Positions 9,774 through 19,837 of a DNA stretch of 64,000 nt are shown here, in pieces (the first letter of the stretch is position 1; the number at the start of each line of letters is the position of its first letter). The notes beneath the pieces were generated by a model. The model was given only the letters and a program-made list of their open reading frames with translations. It had not been told where the DNA came from and did no database searches. A program made the translations under genes and the position numbers. Origin of the DNA: an uncultured Rivularia sp. (GTDB taxonomy: Bacteria > Cyanobacteriota > Cyanobacteriia > Cyanobacteriales > Nostocaceae); contig OY762007.1 of NCBI GenBank assembly GCA_963665115.1, positions 5,088,001 through 5,152,000 of the forward strand. Reading direction: 5' to 3'.

Positions 9774-11216
9774 CTACGTACAAAATGCGCTATTGAAAAC
9801 ACGACATTTTTCTAAGAATCTTTGCGGAATTTCTACACTATTTCCCCAATGCATATGAATATAAGAAGCGTGAAGATTTGGCGGTGAAACCCACCCTTCT
9901 TTCCCCATGAATTCATCGCAATCGTATCTATATGTTTGAAATAAAGGTTTATTAGAATCCGATATTATACGTGAGCGATGAAATTCATGTCCGTAAACTG
10001 TTTTTCCTGCATCTACTAATAAACTATTTTGTAAAGTCACAGCGCGACGATAACCCAAAGTTAAACGCTTATCCATCACTGCTGTTGTTGGTAAAACTCC
10101 TACCATTTCCCAAGATTTACCGCTCATATCTACTAATTGCTCGGATAAATACATCAAACCACCACATTCAGCTATTGTCGGCATTCCCGATAAAATAGCT
10201 GCTTTGACACAATTACGTGCTAAGGTATTTTCTGCTAATTTTTGCGCGAAAACTTCTGGAAAACCTCCCCCAAAATACATTCCCCCGATATCTTCGGGTA
10301 ATTCAGTGTCTTCCAAAGGACTCCAAAAAACTAATTCTGCACCCAAATTTTGTAATATATCTAAATTGTCTTGGTAGTAGAAATTGAAAGCTTTGTCGTA
10401 GGCGACAGCTATTTTTGGAGAGGGGGTAGAGGGGGGAGAGGGGGTAGAGGGGGTAGAAATTTCTATCTTGTCTCCTTTTAATAAAAGCGGTAATAATTTT
10501 TCCCAGTCAAAGCAAGTTTCGCCGAGATTTACTAGTTTATCTATTACTTCATTTAATTCGGGAAGCTCTGCTGTTGGTACTAAACCTAAATGGCGATCGC
10601 GAATTTTTATATCATCTTGCCGCCTCATTACACCTAAGATGGGGATTTGCAAAGGTTCTAGGGCTTTTTTGAGCAGAGATAAATGGCGATCGCTCCCGAC
10701 GCGGTTTAATATTACTCCGGCAATTTCAATGTCTTCATCGAAGGAGCGATAACCGTGAACAATTGCTGCAACGGAACCAGATAAGCGACTGCAATCAACA
10801 ACTAATAAGACGGGTAATTTTAATAATTTAGCAATATGAGCCGTACTTGCAAAATTATTATTTTCTTCTTTTACTAAATCCGGGGTTTCTTTCTTCTCAA
10901 CCCCTCTCTTTATTAAGGGCAGGGGTGAGCTTGAAACACCATCAAATAAACCCATTACTCCTTCAATTAAAGTATATTCACATAAATTTGAGTATTTATA
11001 AAAGCATTTTTTGACATAAGTTTCTGAAGTTAAAACTGGGTCTAAATTACGACAAGCACGACCTGTAACATACTTGTGAAACATTGGATCTATATAATCT
11101 GGCCCTACTTTAAAAGACTGCACCTGCAAACCACGACGGGATAAACACGACAAAAGGGTAAGCGTAACCGTAGTTTTGCCTACCCCGCTGCGTTCCCCTG
11201 CAATAATCAAAGACAT
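9774..11216 (-). CDS. cobB: Cobyrinate a,c-diamide synthase
   Basis: SGVGKTT, FKVGPDYIDP, EGVMGLFDG, AECGGLMYL and GHEFH motifs. Confidence 0.95.
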   Translation of the reverse strand: MSLIIAGERSGVGKTTVTLTLLSCLSRRGLQVQSFKVGPDYIDPMFHKYVTGRACRNLDPVLTSETYVKKCFYKYSNLCEYTLIEGVMGLFDGVSSSPLPLIKRGVEKKETPDLVKEENNNFASTAHIAKLLKLPVLLVVDCSRLSGSVAAIVHGYRSFDEDIEIAGVILNRVGSDRHLSLLKKALEPLQIPILGVMRRQDDIKIRDRHLGLVPTAELPELNEVIDKLVNLGETCFDWEKLLPLLLKGDKIEISTPSTPSPPSTPSPKIAVAYDKAFNFYYQDNLDILQNLGAELVFWSPLEDTELPEDIGGMYFGGGFPEVFAQKLAENTLARNCVKAAILSGMPTIAECGGLMYLSEQLVDMSGKSWEMVGVLPTTAVMDKRLTLGYRRAVTLQNSLLVDAGKTVYGHEFHRSRIISDSNKPLFQTYRYDCDEFMGKEGWVSPPNLHASYIHMHWGNSVEIPQRFLEKCRVFNSAFCT

Positions 11217-11327
11217 GAAGTATGAGTTAAGAATTAGGAGTTATGAATTATGAATTTTACAGGTATGCGTGTTTGTTATTCATTAATAATTATTTTTAAA
11301 GTTATTTCAAACAAAAAATAGATGGGT

Positions 11328-11500
11328 TGTAGAGACGTAGCAGTGCTACGTCTCCCGACGTTTCCGTAAAAACTAACCCGTTAAATTTAATGTTGACCAT
11401 TAGGACAATTACTTAAAACAACTATAATTATTAACACCAATTGACGAATTATCATTCCAAATCAAAATAAAGAAAGACGTTGCACTGCAACGTCTCTACA
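11328..11500. repeat. Inverted pair of GTAG-type REP-like palindromes
   Basis: GTAGAGACGTAGCAGTGCTACGTCTC and GACGTTGCACTGCAACGTCTCTAC; related copies near 24227 and 45378. Confidence 0.7.
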
Positions 11501-11555
11501 CAATTAATATGTATCACCATCAAGGTGAAATTTTGTAACCCTTAACAACTAACCA

Positions 11556-12937
11556 CTAACTTTTCTTTGCTAATTTAATCAATTGCACTGTAACTCCTAA
11601 ACTTTCTTCAAAAAGCGCTTCTTTACCCCAACGCTGTACTTGTTGAGAAAGCAAAACTTCGGCTTTTTGCTCGGAAAGTGAAGTTATTTGTTGAAATACG
11701 CCAGCAGATTGGGCACCACCGTGTGTTTCCATTCGCATACAGCCGCCGGTTTCGGAACAAATTAAGGTGCCGCAGTTTGCTTCTGGATTGGTGGAACTTA
11801 AACGTATGGCAATCAAATCGCCGGGAATATCGCCGACATCGGCTACTGGGGGACTCCTGCGATTTCGGTTTCTATTTCCCGTTGATCCGAAGCCATGAAC
11901 TTAAAACGTCTAATATTGTAATCGCCAAGTTCTTGTTCGTAGGAAACTGCACGCCATTTCAAGCGACTTGCTAACCAACCCAAAAATAGTAATGCTTGGG
12001 TAGGATTGCCTTTTTCGTGGTCGATATTTACTCTATCAACTTCAGTTAAAGCTTTGCGTCTGGCTGGTGCGTCGTAAGCTTCTGCTGTTAATTCTTGCCA
12101 TCCTCCTACACGTCGCCAGTTTAAATCTGCTAGCGGTATGCCATTTTCTATCAAAGATTGCAAACTGAGTAAATCGTTTTCTGGTTCGTTAAAGTTGCAA
12201 GAATCAACAATAACGTTATCGCATACGGTTGAAAGTCTCTTGAATAAAACGTTGTTTGGATCTGGTGTTGCTTTCCACCAAATAAACTTGGGTAAACCAC
12301 CTATTAATAATTCTGGAATCATGCCACCAATACGTTCTAAGGCTGTGGCAGTTCCGGTTAAAGTGATGTATTCGCAACAAACCAGCGAAGATGATGATTG
12401 TTTTTGAATCGGACAATAAGCTGATACTTGCGCCTTAACGCCTTCATCTTCACCAACGGTGGGTATCAAACTAATAATGCGACAGGGGTTACGCAAAGCG
12501 ATTTCGTCAGCAATTCTAGCGCTGGCTCCATCTGGGCTGTACTCGGAGGCACTAGCACCGTTGTTATCAGTAGTGTTACCACCACCATGAAGTTTTGCAA
12601 GTTCTTCCCGCAGTCTGGCTAAAACTTGCGGACTCGTTTTACCAGTTCGTTCCAAACCAAGGGCTTTTTGTGCATCTCTGAGCGCGGATACGGTTTGCGG
12701 CCCCAGAATACCATCAATTGGGCCGCTGTAAAATCCCAAAGCAGCCAACAAATACTGAGTTTGTTCTGGCTCGTAAACCACCAAAGTAAACGTAGTAGCT
12801 CGGGTAGCCGCAGGAAGCGCTCCATCTTCCCCGCCAATACCGTAACTTTGCCAAATTTTACTTAGTTCGGCTTCAATTTCGTTGAGCGAAATATCTTTGG
12901 GAGCCTGAAGTGAAAAAAGAGTGGGTGCTTGAGTCAT
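11556..12937 (-). CDS. opcA: Glucose-6-phosphate dehydrogenase assembly protein OpcA, frameshift at G5 run 11848-11852
   Basis: RATTFTLVVYEPE and DLNWRR motifs; ORFs 11843..12937 and 11556..11816 join if one G is removed; lies downstream of zwf. Confidence 0.92.
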
Positions 12938-13204
12938 GACAATTAAAGGATTGTAAGTTGTAAGTAATTTTAAGTTAGGAGTTAGGAGTGAGGAGTTAGG
13001 AGTTGGGAATTAAGAGTTGGGAATTAAGAGTTAGGAATGAGGAGTTAGTAATGATAAAAGAATCAACCAGTAACAACGAACTCAACTATTCATATCTAAC
13101 TACTTTCATATTCAAAGCTCATAACTCGCAGCTTTTAGCTTTTAACTTAAAATTAAAACTCATAACTCATAACTCTTAACTCCTAACTCCTAACTCCTAA
13201 CTCT

Positions 13205-14734
13205 CTATAGTCTGCGCCAACGGCGGCCGTCTCGGTTGATCAATAGTTCTGCTTCTACTGGTTCCCAGGTTCCGGCTTCGTATCGGGGAACTGTTGCTGG
13301 ATCTGCTGGTGCATCCCATGCGCTTAATATTGGTGTCACTACCTGCCAAGCAGCTTCTACTTCGTCACCTCTGGTGAACAAAGTTTGATCGCCCATCATA
13401 CAGTCAAGGAATAAACGGTCATATGCGTCGGATTTCGCTTGCAAACCAAAGGAACCATAAGTGAAGTCCATGTCTACTGCACGAGTACGGAAATCTCCTC
13501 CGGGCACTTTCACGTCAAAACGTAAAGAAATTCCTTCATTTGGCTGAATCCGCATTGTCAAAACATTGGCACTTTTCTGTTGTGCGGCAGATGTAAACAT
13601 CTGTGAAGGGACTTCGCGGAAGTGGATGGAAATCTCGCTGACTTTTTTGGGCATCCGCTTACCAGTACGCAGATAGAAAGGAACTCCTTTCCAGCGCCAG
13701 TTATCAACTACAAATTTTGTGGCAACAAAAGTAGGCGTTGTAGATTTTTCGTCAACTCCTGGTTCTTCGTGATACCCAGGTACGTGTTCGCCTTTCATCC
13801 ACCCAGCGCTGTACTGACCGCGTACTGCTGAATATGCTAAATCTTCTACATCGGCAAGTCTGGTAGCTTTTAAAACCTTCACTTTTTCCGTGCGGATACT
13901 ATCGGCATCCATTGCGTTAGGAGCTTCCATTGCAGTCAGACAGTAAAGTTGCATCAAGTGGTTTTGCAACATATCCCGCAATGCACCGGAACTTTCGTAA
14001 TAACCAGCCCGGTCTTCAACTCCTACTGTTTCTGCTACTGTTATTTGTACATGGTCTACAAAATGACGATTCCACAATGGTTCAAAAATAGCATTTGCGA
14101 AGCGGAATACTAATAAGTTTTGAACCGTTTCTTTACCTAAATAGTGGTCAATCCGATAGACCTGTTCTTCTTTACAATATTTCTGTACAACTTGATTGAG
14201 ATTTTTAGCTGATGCCAAATCTCGACCAAAAGGTTTTTCAATAACCAAACGATGTTTGTCGGGGTCTTCAAGCATTCCCCCAGCACCCAATTGTTTGATA
14301 GCTTCGGGGAAGAACTTGGGAGCAACGGAAAGGTAGAATAAACGATTACCTCTCGTATTCCGCTTCTCGTCTAATTCACTGAGAAGATCGTTAAGTTTTT
14401 GGTAGCTTTCGGGATTGTCAATATTACCCGAACAGTAAAAAAGACCGTTGACAAAATCGTTCCACAATTCCTCAGAACCAACACCGCCGTGAGCTTCTTC
14501 CATGCCCTTACGCATTTGTTCGCGGAAGTACTCGTGGCTCCAATCTCGTCGTGCCACACCAACAATAGTTGTTTCTGGTGGGATTCGTCTTTCTTGTCGT
14601 AATTTGTACAAAGCTGGTACTAATTTACGCCAAGTCAAATCTCCCGAAGCACCAAAAATAGTAATAATCTGGGGTTCAGCCATTCCTTGCTGTTGCAAGC
14701 CAACCCGCAGTGGATTTTCTAGCACACTAACCAT
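13205..14734 (-). CDS. zwf: Glucose-6-phosphate 1-dehydrogenase
   Basis: GASGDL, EKPFG and [11 protein letters not shown] motifs. Confidence 0.98.
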   Translation of the reverse strand: MVSVLENPLRVGLQQQGMAEPQIITIFGASGDLTWRKLVPALYKLRQERRIPPETTIVGVARRDWSHEYFREQMRKGMEEAHGGVGSEELWNDFVNGLFYCSGNIDNPESYQKLNDLLSELDEKRNTRGNRLFYLSVAPKFFPEAIKQLGAGGMLEDPDKHRLVIEKPFGRDLASAKNLNQVVQKYCKEEQVYRIDHYLGKETVQNLLVFRFANAIFEPLWNRHFVDHVQITVAETVGVEDRAGYYESSGALRDMLQNHLMQLYCLTAMEAPNAMDADSIRTEKVKVLKATRLADVEDLAYSAVRGQYSAGWMKGEHVPGYHEEPGVDEKSTTPTFVATKFVVDNWRWKGVPFYLRTGKRMPKKVSEISIHFREVPSQMFTSAAQQKSANVLTMRIQPNEGISLRFDVKVPGGDFRTRAVDMDFTYGSFGLQAKSDAYDRLFLDCMMGDQTLFTRGDEVEAAWQVVTPILSAWDAPADPATVPRYEAGTWEPVEAELLINRDGRRWRRL

Positions 14735-14907
14735 AATTTAGATTTTGGATTTTAGATTTACATTTGCGGGGCATGAGGCATGGGGGATTGAGCATGGGGC
14801 ATAGGATTTTAGAGTTAGGAGTTATGAGTTAGGAGTTTGTTGTCTCCTTGTCTCCCCATCCTCAATGCCCAATTCCCAATGCCCAATTCCCTATTACCCA
14901 TTAATTA

Positions 14908-16059
14908 TTAAACAGGCGATAACTGCTTTACTTTGTCTTCTAAGGAACTTATTAAGGATTGGAAGGGTTTGATAAACTTATCAATACCTTCGGTAAGCAG
15001 TTCGTCCATGACTGTATCGAGGTCAATATTAATATCTGGATCTTTGAGACTTTCGATAACTTTGTATGCTTGTTCTACGTCGGTTTCGACTCTAGAATCT
15101 ACGTCGCAATGATCGGCGCAGGCTTCAATGGTTACTGGTGGTAGGGTGTTAACGGTTTCTTTACCGATTAACTCGTCAACGTACATAACATCGCTGTAGC
15201 TGGGATCTTTTGTGCTGGTACTTGCCCATAACAAACGCTGTACGTTAGCACCTTTTTCGGCTAAAGCTTGCCAGCGCTTGTCACTAACAATCTTTTTGTA
15301 CTCCTGATAAGCAATCTTCGCATTAGCGATCGCTACTTTTCCTTTGACGGATTTAAGTTTGGCTTCTAAGTTGATGTCGTCAACACCTTGAGCTAACTTT
15401 TCGTCTATTTTTCCATCGATTTTGGCATCAATGCGGCTGAGGAAGAAACTCGCTACAGAGGAAATCTTGCTAATATCTTTACCTTGAGCTACTCGTTTTT
15501 CTAAGCCGCGAATGTAAGCCCAAGCAGTGTTTACATAACTATCTACCGAGAACAACAAAGTAATATTCACATTCATCCCTTCAGATATTACTTGTTCTAC
15601 TGCTGGTAAACCGGCTTCTGTTCCAGGAATCTTAATCATTAAGTTTTCCCGTCCAACTTCTTTAAAGTAGCGTCTAGCTTCTTCAATTGTTTTTTGGGTG
15701 TCGTCGGCAATAGTTGGCGGTACTTCAATGCTTACATAACCATCCAATCCATCTGTAGCTTCGTATACTGGGCGCAAAATATCGCAAGCGTTGCGAATAT
15801 CTCCAAAAGCTAAAGATTCATAAATATCTTGGGTTGATAGTTTCTTGCCAATCCCGGCTTCTATATCTCGATCGTAAATCGCGTTTCCGGCAATGGCTTT
15901 TTCAAAAATGCTTGGATTCGAGGTAATCCCTTTGATACCTTGATTTTCCACCATATTTTTCAAGTCGCCAGACTGGATAATATCGCGGCTTAAATTATCC
16001 ATCCAAATACTTTGGCCGTATTTGTTGATTTCTAATAATTGATTTGTGGTGATGCCCAT
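14908..16059 (-). CDS. tal: Transaldolase
   Basis: GITSNPSIF, MIKIPGT, ASFFLSRID and RLLWASTS motifs; start taken at ATG 16059 (MGITTN). Confidence 0.95.
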   Translation of the reverse strand: MGITTNQLLEINKYGQSIWMDNLSRDIIQSGDLKNMVENQGIKGITSNPSIFEKAIAGNAIYDRDIEAGIGKKLSTQDIYESLAFGDIRNACDILRPVYEATDGLDGYVSIEVPPTIADDTQKTIEEARRYFKEVGRENLMIKIPGTEAGLPAVEQVISEGMNVNITLLFSVDSYVNTAWAYIRGLEKRVAQGKDISKISSVASFFLSRIDAKIDGKIDEKLAQGVDDINLEAKLKSVKGKVAIANAKIAYQEYKKIVSDKRWQALAEKGANVQRLLWASTSTKDPSYSDVMYVDELIGKETVNTLPPVTIEACADHCDVDSRVETDVEQAYKVIESLKDPDINIDLDTVMDELLTEGIDKFIKPFQSLISSLEDKVKQLSPV

Positions 16060-16335
16060 ATGGTTATATTCCACTCCGAAATTTATTAACGTGTCAATAT
16101 TTTCTATTAATGCTTGTAGTATTGCCGATTGATTCTCACTAAAGGAATAATTATCAGTTAACAATTATCAATTATCAGTGTCTGAGGGAGGCGAACGTTA
16201 GTTTTAATCCCTCAGCTTGAGGATGAAAAGCGTTGTAATCGCCCTCTCGTCCTAAAGTCGTGTAAATTATTCACTACTTACGCACGTTACTGCTAATTGT
16301 TCATTGATAATTGTTCACTGATAATTGTTCATTGT

Positions 16336-17385
16336 CTAATCGCCATTTTGAATAAAAGATTCCACCTTAGCTACATTCTCTTTACTACCAATGATTAAAG
16401 GAGTGCGCTGGTGTAGCTTTTCTGGTACAACGTCGAAGATATTCATCCTACCAGTAGTAGCGCGGCCACCTGCTTGTTCTATCACATAAGCTAAGGGGGC
16501 AGATTCGTACAGCAAGCGTAATTTTCCTTCCGGTTTTTGTACCGTACCGGGGTAGAGAAACACGCCACCTTGAACTAAAATTCGATGGATGTCGCTAACC
16601 ATTGCTCCACTGTAGCGAGCCGAATAACCTTCAGTTCGGTGAACGTAGCGAACGTATTCTCTAACTGATTCTTCCCACTGCCAAAAATTCCCTTCATTAA
16701 CGCTATATACAGAACCGCTATCGGGAATCTTAATGTTTTCTTCGGTAAGTATAAATTCACCTAAGCTGGGATCGAGAGTGAAGGAATGAACTCCTTTTCC
16801 CATAGTGTAGACCAGCATGGTACTCGGGCCGTAAAGTATATATCCGGCTCCAATTTGTTTGTCACCAGTGGAAAGCAAATCCTTGGCTTGTCCGTCGGTG
16901 TCTTCTCCTTCCTGTTGACGAATCGCGAAGATCGAACCCAAACTCAAGTTAGTATCTGTATTCGATGAACCATCAATTGGATCGTAAAGTAAAGTATATC
17001 TACCTATAGGGCAGTTTTCCGGAATATAGTATGGCTCATCCATTTCTTCAGAAGCCAAGCGACATACCAAACCGCTTTGCTTGAAAACTGAGATAAACAC
17101 ATCGTTAGCGTAAACATCCATCTTTTTGACGGATTCTCCCTGCACGTTAACATCTCCGGTAAAACCCAGAACCCCTTCCATTAAACCAGCACGGCTGAGG
17201 TGACGAGCAACCAGCTTACCCGCAAGAGCGACGCGATTCATCAGCGCACTTAAATCTTGTGCTTGCGCCGAAAAGCCTTGAAATTGCTGTAATACATGAC
17301 GCGATAAAGTCGTACAATCTCGATCTAAAGCTTTATCTGTAATCTCGTAGGCTGCTTTGTCCTGATGTTCTGCTGCTTTTGTCAT
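16336..17385 (-). CDS. fbp: Class 1 fructose-1,6-bisphosphatase
   Basis: [12 protein letters not shown] and GKLRLLYE motifs. Confidence 0.97.
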   Translation of the reverse strand: MTKAAEHQDKAAYEITDKALDRDCTTLSRHVLQQFQGFSAQAQDLSALMNRVALAGKLVARHLSRAGLMEGVLGFTGDVNVQGESVKKMDVYANDVFISVFKQSGLVCRLASEEMDEPYYIPENCPIGRYTLLYDPIDGSSNTDTNLSLGSIFAIRQQEGEDTDGQAKDLLSTGDKQIGAGYILYGPSTMLVYTMGKGVHSFTLDPSLGEFILTEENIKIPDSGSVYSVNEGNFWQWEESVREYVRYVHRTEGYSARYSGAMVSDIHRILVQGGVFLYPGTVQKPEGKLRLLYESAPLAYVIEQAGGRATTGRMNIFDVVPEKLHQRTPLIIGSKENVAKVESFIQNGD

Positions 17386-18418
17386 AATAATCCTCTCGCT
17401 ATAAAAGGCTTTCTTATCTTAGAAGCCGTGAGTTAAATACAACTTGTGGTTGCTGCCTCTATATTAGAGAGGTATTTTAGTAACGCAAATGCGATTTTAG
17501 ATAAACCTTTATAAATAAATGTGTCTTAAATGGCATTTAAAAGCATTTTTAGGTATTGAGATGCGGCAACGAGAGCATTGTTACCTAACGATCCAGGAAT
17601 TATAAATAATTTATTAATTTATTCACGATTCAAATTTATATTTTATAAATCCTAATCGCGAACAAAAATGATTGCTATACTAACTTTAAGCAGACAAGCA
17701 AAAAGTTAATTTAGCTGCACAAATAAATTTTCTTAAAATAAAAATATTCCGTCAAATATGTGACAATTTACGGTTTTGCTATAGATTGACGAAAATAATG
17801 ATTGATTTTTTAAATCAAAGAATATTTTTGTAAAGACTCTTAAATATAAAAAAACCCGACTTTTAATGATATCGCGCTTAGTCGGTATCTTGTCGGGGTT
17901 GTTTCTACGAAGTATTTTCGGATTTAGAAATTATTGAGCGTTAATTGTAGCTGTTTATATAATGCTTAATTAGCAACAGCCACATTAAAAAACCCAACTC
18001 AGATTGATAAAATGCTGAGGGAGGCAAGTGATTAGTAATTTAAAATTATTTTAGAGCAGTACTCGACATCATTCCCGTTACAAGATTTTATCTAAAGAAA
18101 AAACGAATAATTAAAGTTTGATTCATTCTTTTTACTATTAGAACTATGTCGCTACGTGGATTAAATAGTTCTAACCACAGCATTAAATAAAAAATGATAA
18201 CGAGAGACAATCAATTTTAGATTTTGGATTTACGTTAGCGCAGCGTGTCCAAAGGAAATATTTAGATTATCCTCATTAATAAATTAAGGAGCTTGAAGAT
18301 TTAAATTTTTTGCCGAACTGAAACATTTTTGATTCAAACAGTTCATAATTTAATCCAAAATCCAAAATCTAAAATCCAAAATTTATTTGAAGTCCGCTTT
18401 AGTTTAGATGAAATTAAT

Positions 18419-18715
18419 TTATTGTTCTTGGAAATCAGGCTTTCTCACGAACTCACGACTGGGACGATTGTCTTCTTTTGGTTTAGCTTTGTTAACGCGA
18501 ATTTGACGACCCATCCATTCTGCTCCATCAAGCTCAGAAATGGCATTATCTTCTTGTGCTTCTTCGCTGAGATCAACAAAGGCAAAACCACGCATTCTTC
18601 CTGATTCGCGGTCGGTTGGTAAGACAACTCTGGTAACTTCACCGTAATCAGTGAATACTGCTCTCAAGTCTGCTTCAGTAGCGCGATAGGAAAGATTTCC
18701 AACGTAAATAGTCAT
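18419..18715 (-). CDS. rbp: RRM RNA-binding protein (Rbp family, no glycine-rich tail)
   Basis: RNP2 IYVGNL and RNP1 RGFAFV. Confidence 0.93.
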   Translation of the reverse strand: MTIYVGNLSYRATEADLRAVFTDYGEVTRVVLPTDRESGRMRGFAFVDLSEEAQEDNAISELDGAEWMGRQIRVNKAKPKEDNRPSREFVRKPDFQEQ

Positions 18716-19280
18716 ATGTGCTTAACGTTCGTTTCTAGGGACTAATAGCGAATCGTTCAGAAGGAAAAATTCAGACAATGCCGCTTTTTTTAAGCGGTCG
18801 AAAAGTCTGATATTCACAGTAAATTATTTGGTTAATAGCCAACTTAAATAGCAATATTAACTAAAAATAAACCATCTTCCTTGACTGAACTTACGAATAC
18901 GTTTTTATAGTACCTGATACCTTCGATTTTCAAGGTGTGATATATTACAAACTTTTATAAGTTAAAATCAGTGTAACTTATATATACTTATCTGAACTAA
19001 AGGAGAAATGTTAGATTATTTAAAATATGTAATATTTACTACTAAAAATACAGTATTTTCATAAAATTTAGCTCGAAAGCATACAATTTATCTTCAGCGG
19101 TGCCTACGCTATAGCAATTGCAGGAATTAGACAGGTTTATAATGTATCGGGGAGCAAGCTAATAAAGCTACTTTTCTACGAATTATACTGCTTTAAAAGC
19201 TATCTGTACCTACATTCAATAGCTGTTTTTTTGTCAATTATATTGCCTGATATCAGCAAGCGTGTTGGTGCTTAGAGAAG

Positions 19281-19314
19281 CAAAAGGTCTGCTGAAAATC
19301 AGCAGACCTTGTTT
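19281..19314. terminator. Probable terminator hairpin downstream of 19359..19577
   Basis: AAGGTCTGCTGA-AAA-TCAGCAGACCTT inverted repeat flanked by A/T. Confidence 0.6.
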
Positions 19315-19358
19315 AATTTAACTATTTATTAATCAAACCTTTCTATTAACTATTCGTC

Positions 19359-19577
19359 TTAATCAATTGAAATAGTTTGAGGCCCATTACCATTGTTTGT
19401 ACCATTCGTAGAAGTAGGAAAATTAGTTATAGGTCTATTAGTTTGTTGTGCTAACCAGCTTTTTACGGGGTCATCAGCAAGGCTGAGTCTAAGAATACCA
19501 GAAACAAATCCGCCTGCAAATGAAGCTGGGTGCTGGGTGAATTCTTTAAATAATGGCAATAGTTCTTCGAGGAACAT
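19359..19577 (-). CDS. Small hypothetical protein
   Basis: MFLEELLP...HPASFAGGFVSGILRL...GPQTISID; GGAG ribosome-binding site upstream. Confidence 0.75.
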   Translation of the reverse strand: MFLEELLPLFKEFTQHPASFAGGFVSGILRLSLADDPVKSWLAQQTNRPITNFPTSTNGTNNGNGPQTISID

Positions 19578-19644
19578 TTTTTTATCTCCAATAGGTGAAA
19601 AAGGATGAAGGATGAAGAAAAAACATCATGTTTGTTTGAGATTC

Positions 19645-19787
19645 GGACGGGCAGGGATGCCCCGCAGTCGCTCATGGGGGAAACCACGCCACTTTGCATC
19701 TCCTTCGGAGACGCTTCGCTAACAACGGAGGGAACCTCCGCACGCAAGTGGCTCCCCAAGACCGCGCTGCTCTCCATTCCACAAGAC
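19645..19787. repeat. Nested GC-rich small dispersed repeats
   Basis: Several interleaved palindromes; a related unit lies at 29130-29190. Confidence 0.65.
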
Positions 19788-19837
19788 TTTAATGATATAT
19801 TTCTGGCTTATTATTATTTATCCTTCATTCTTCAATG

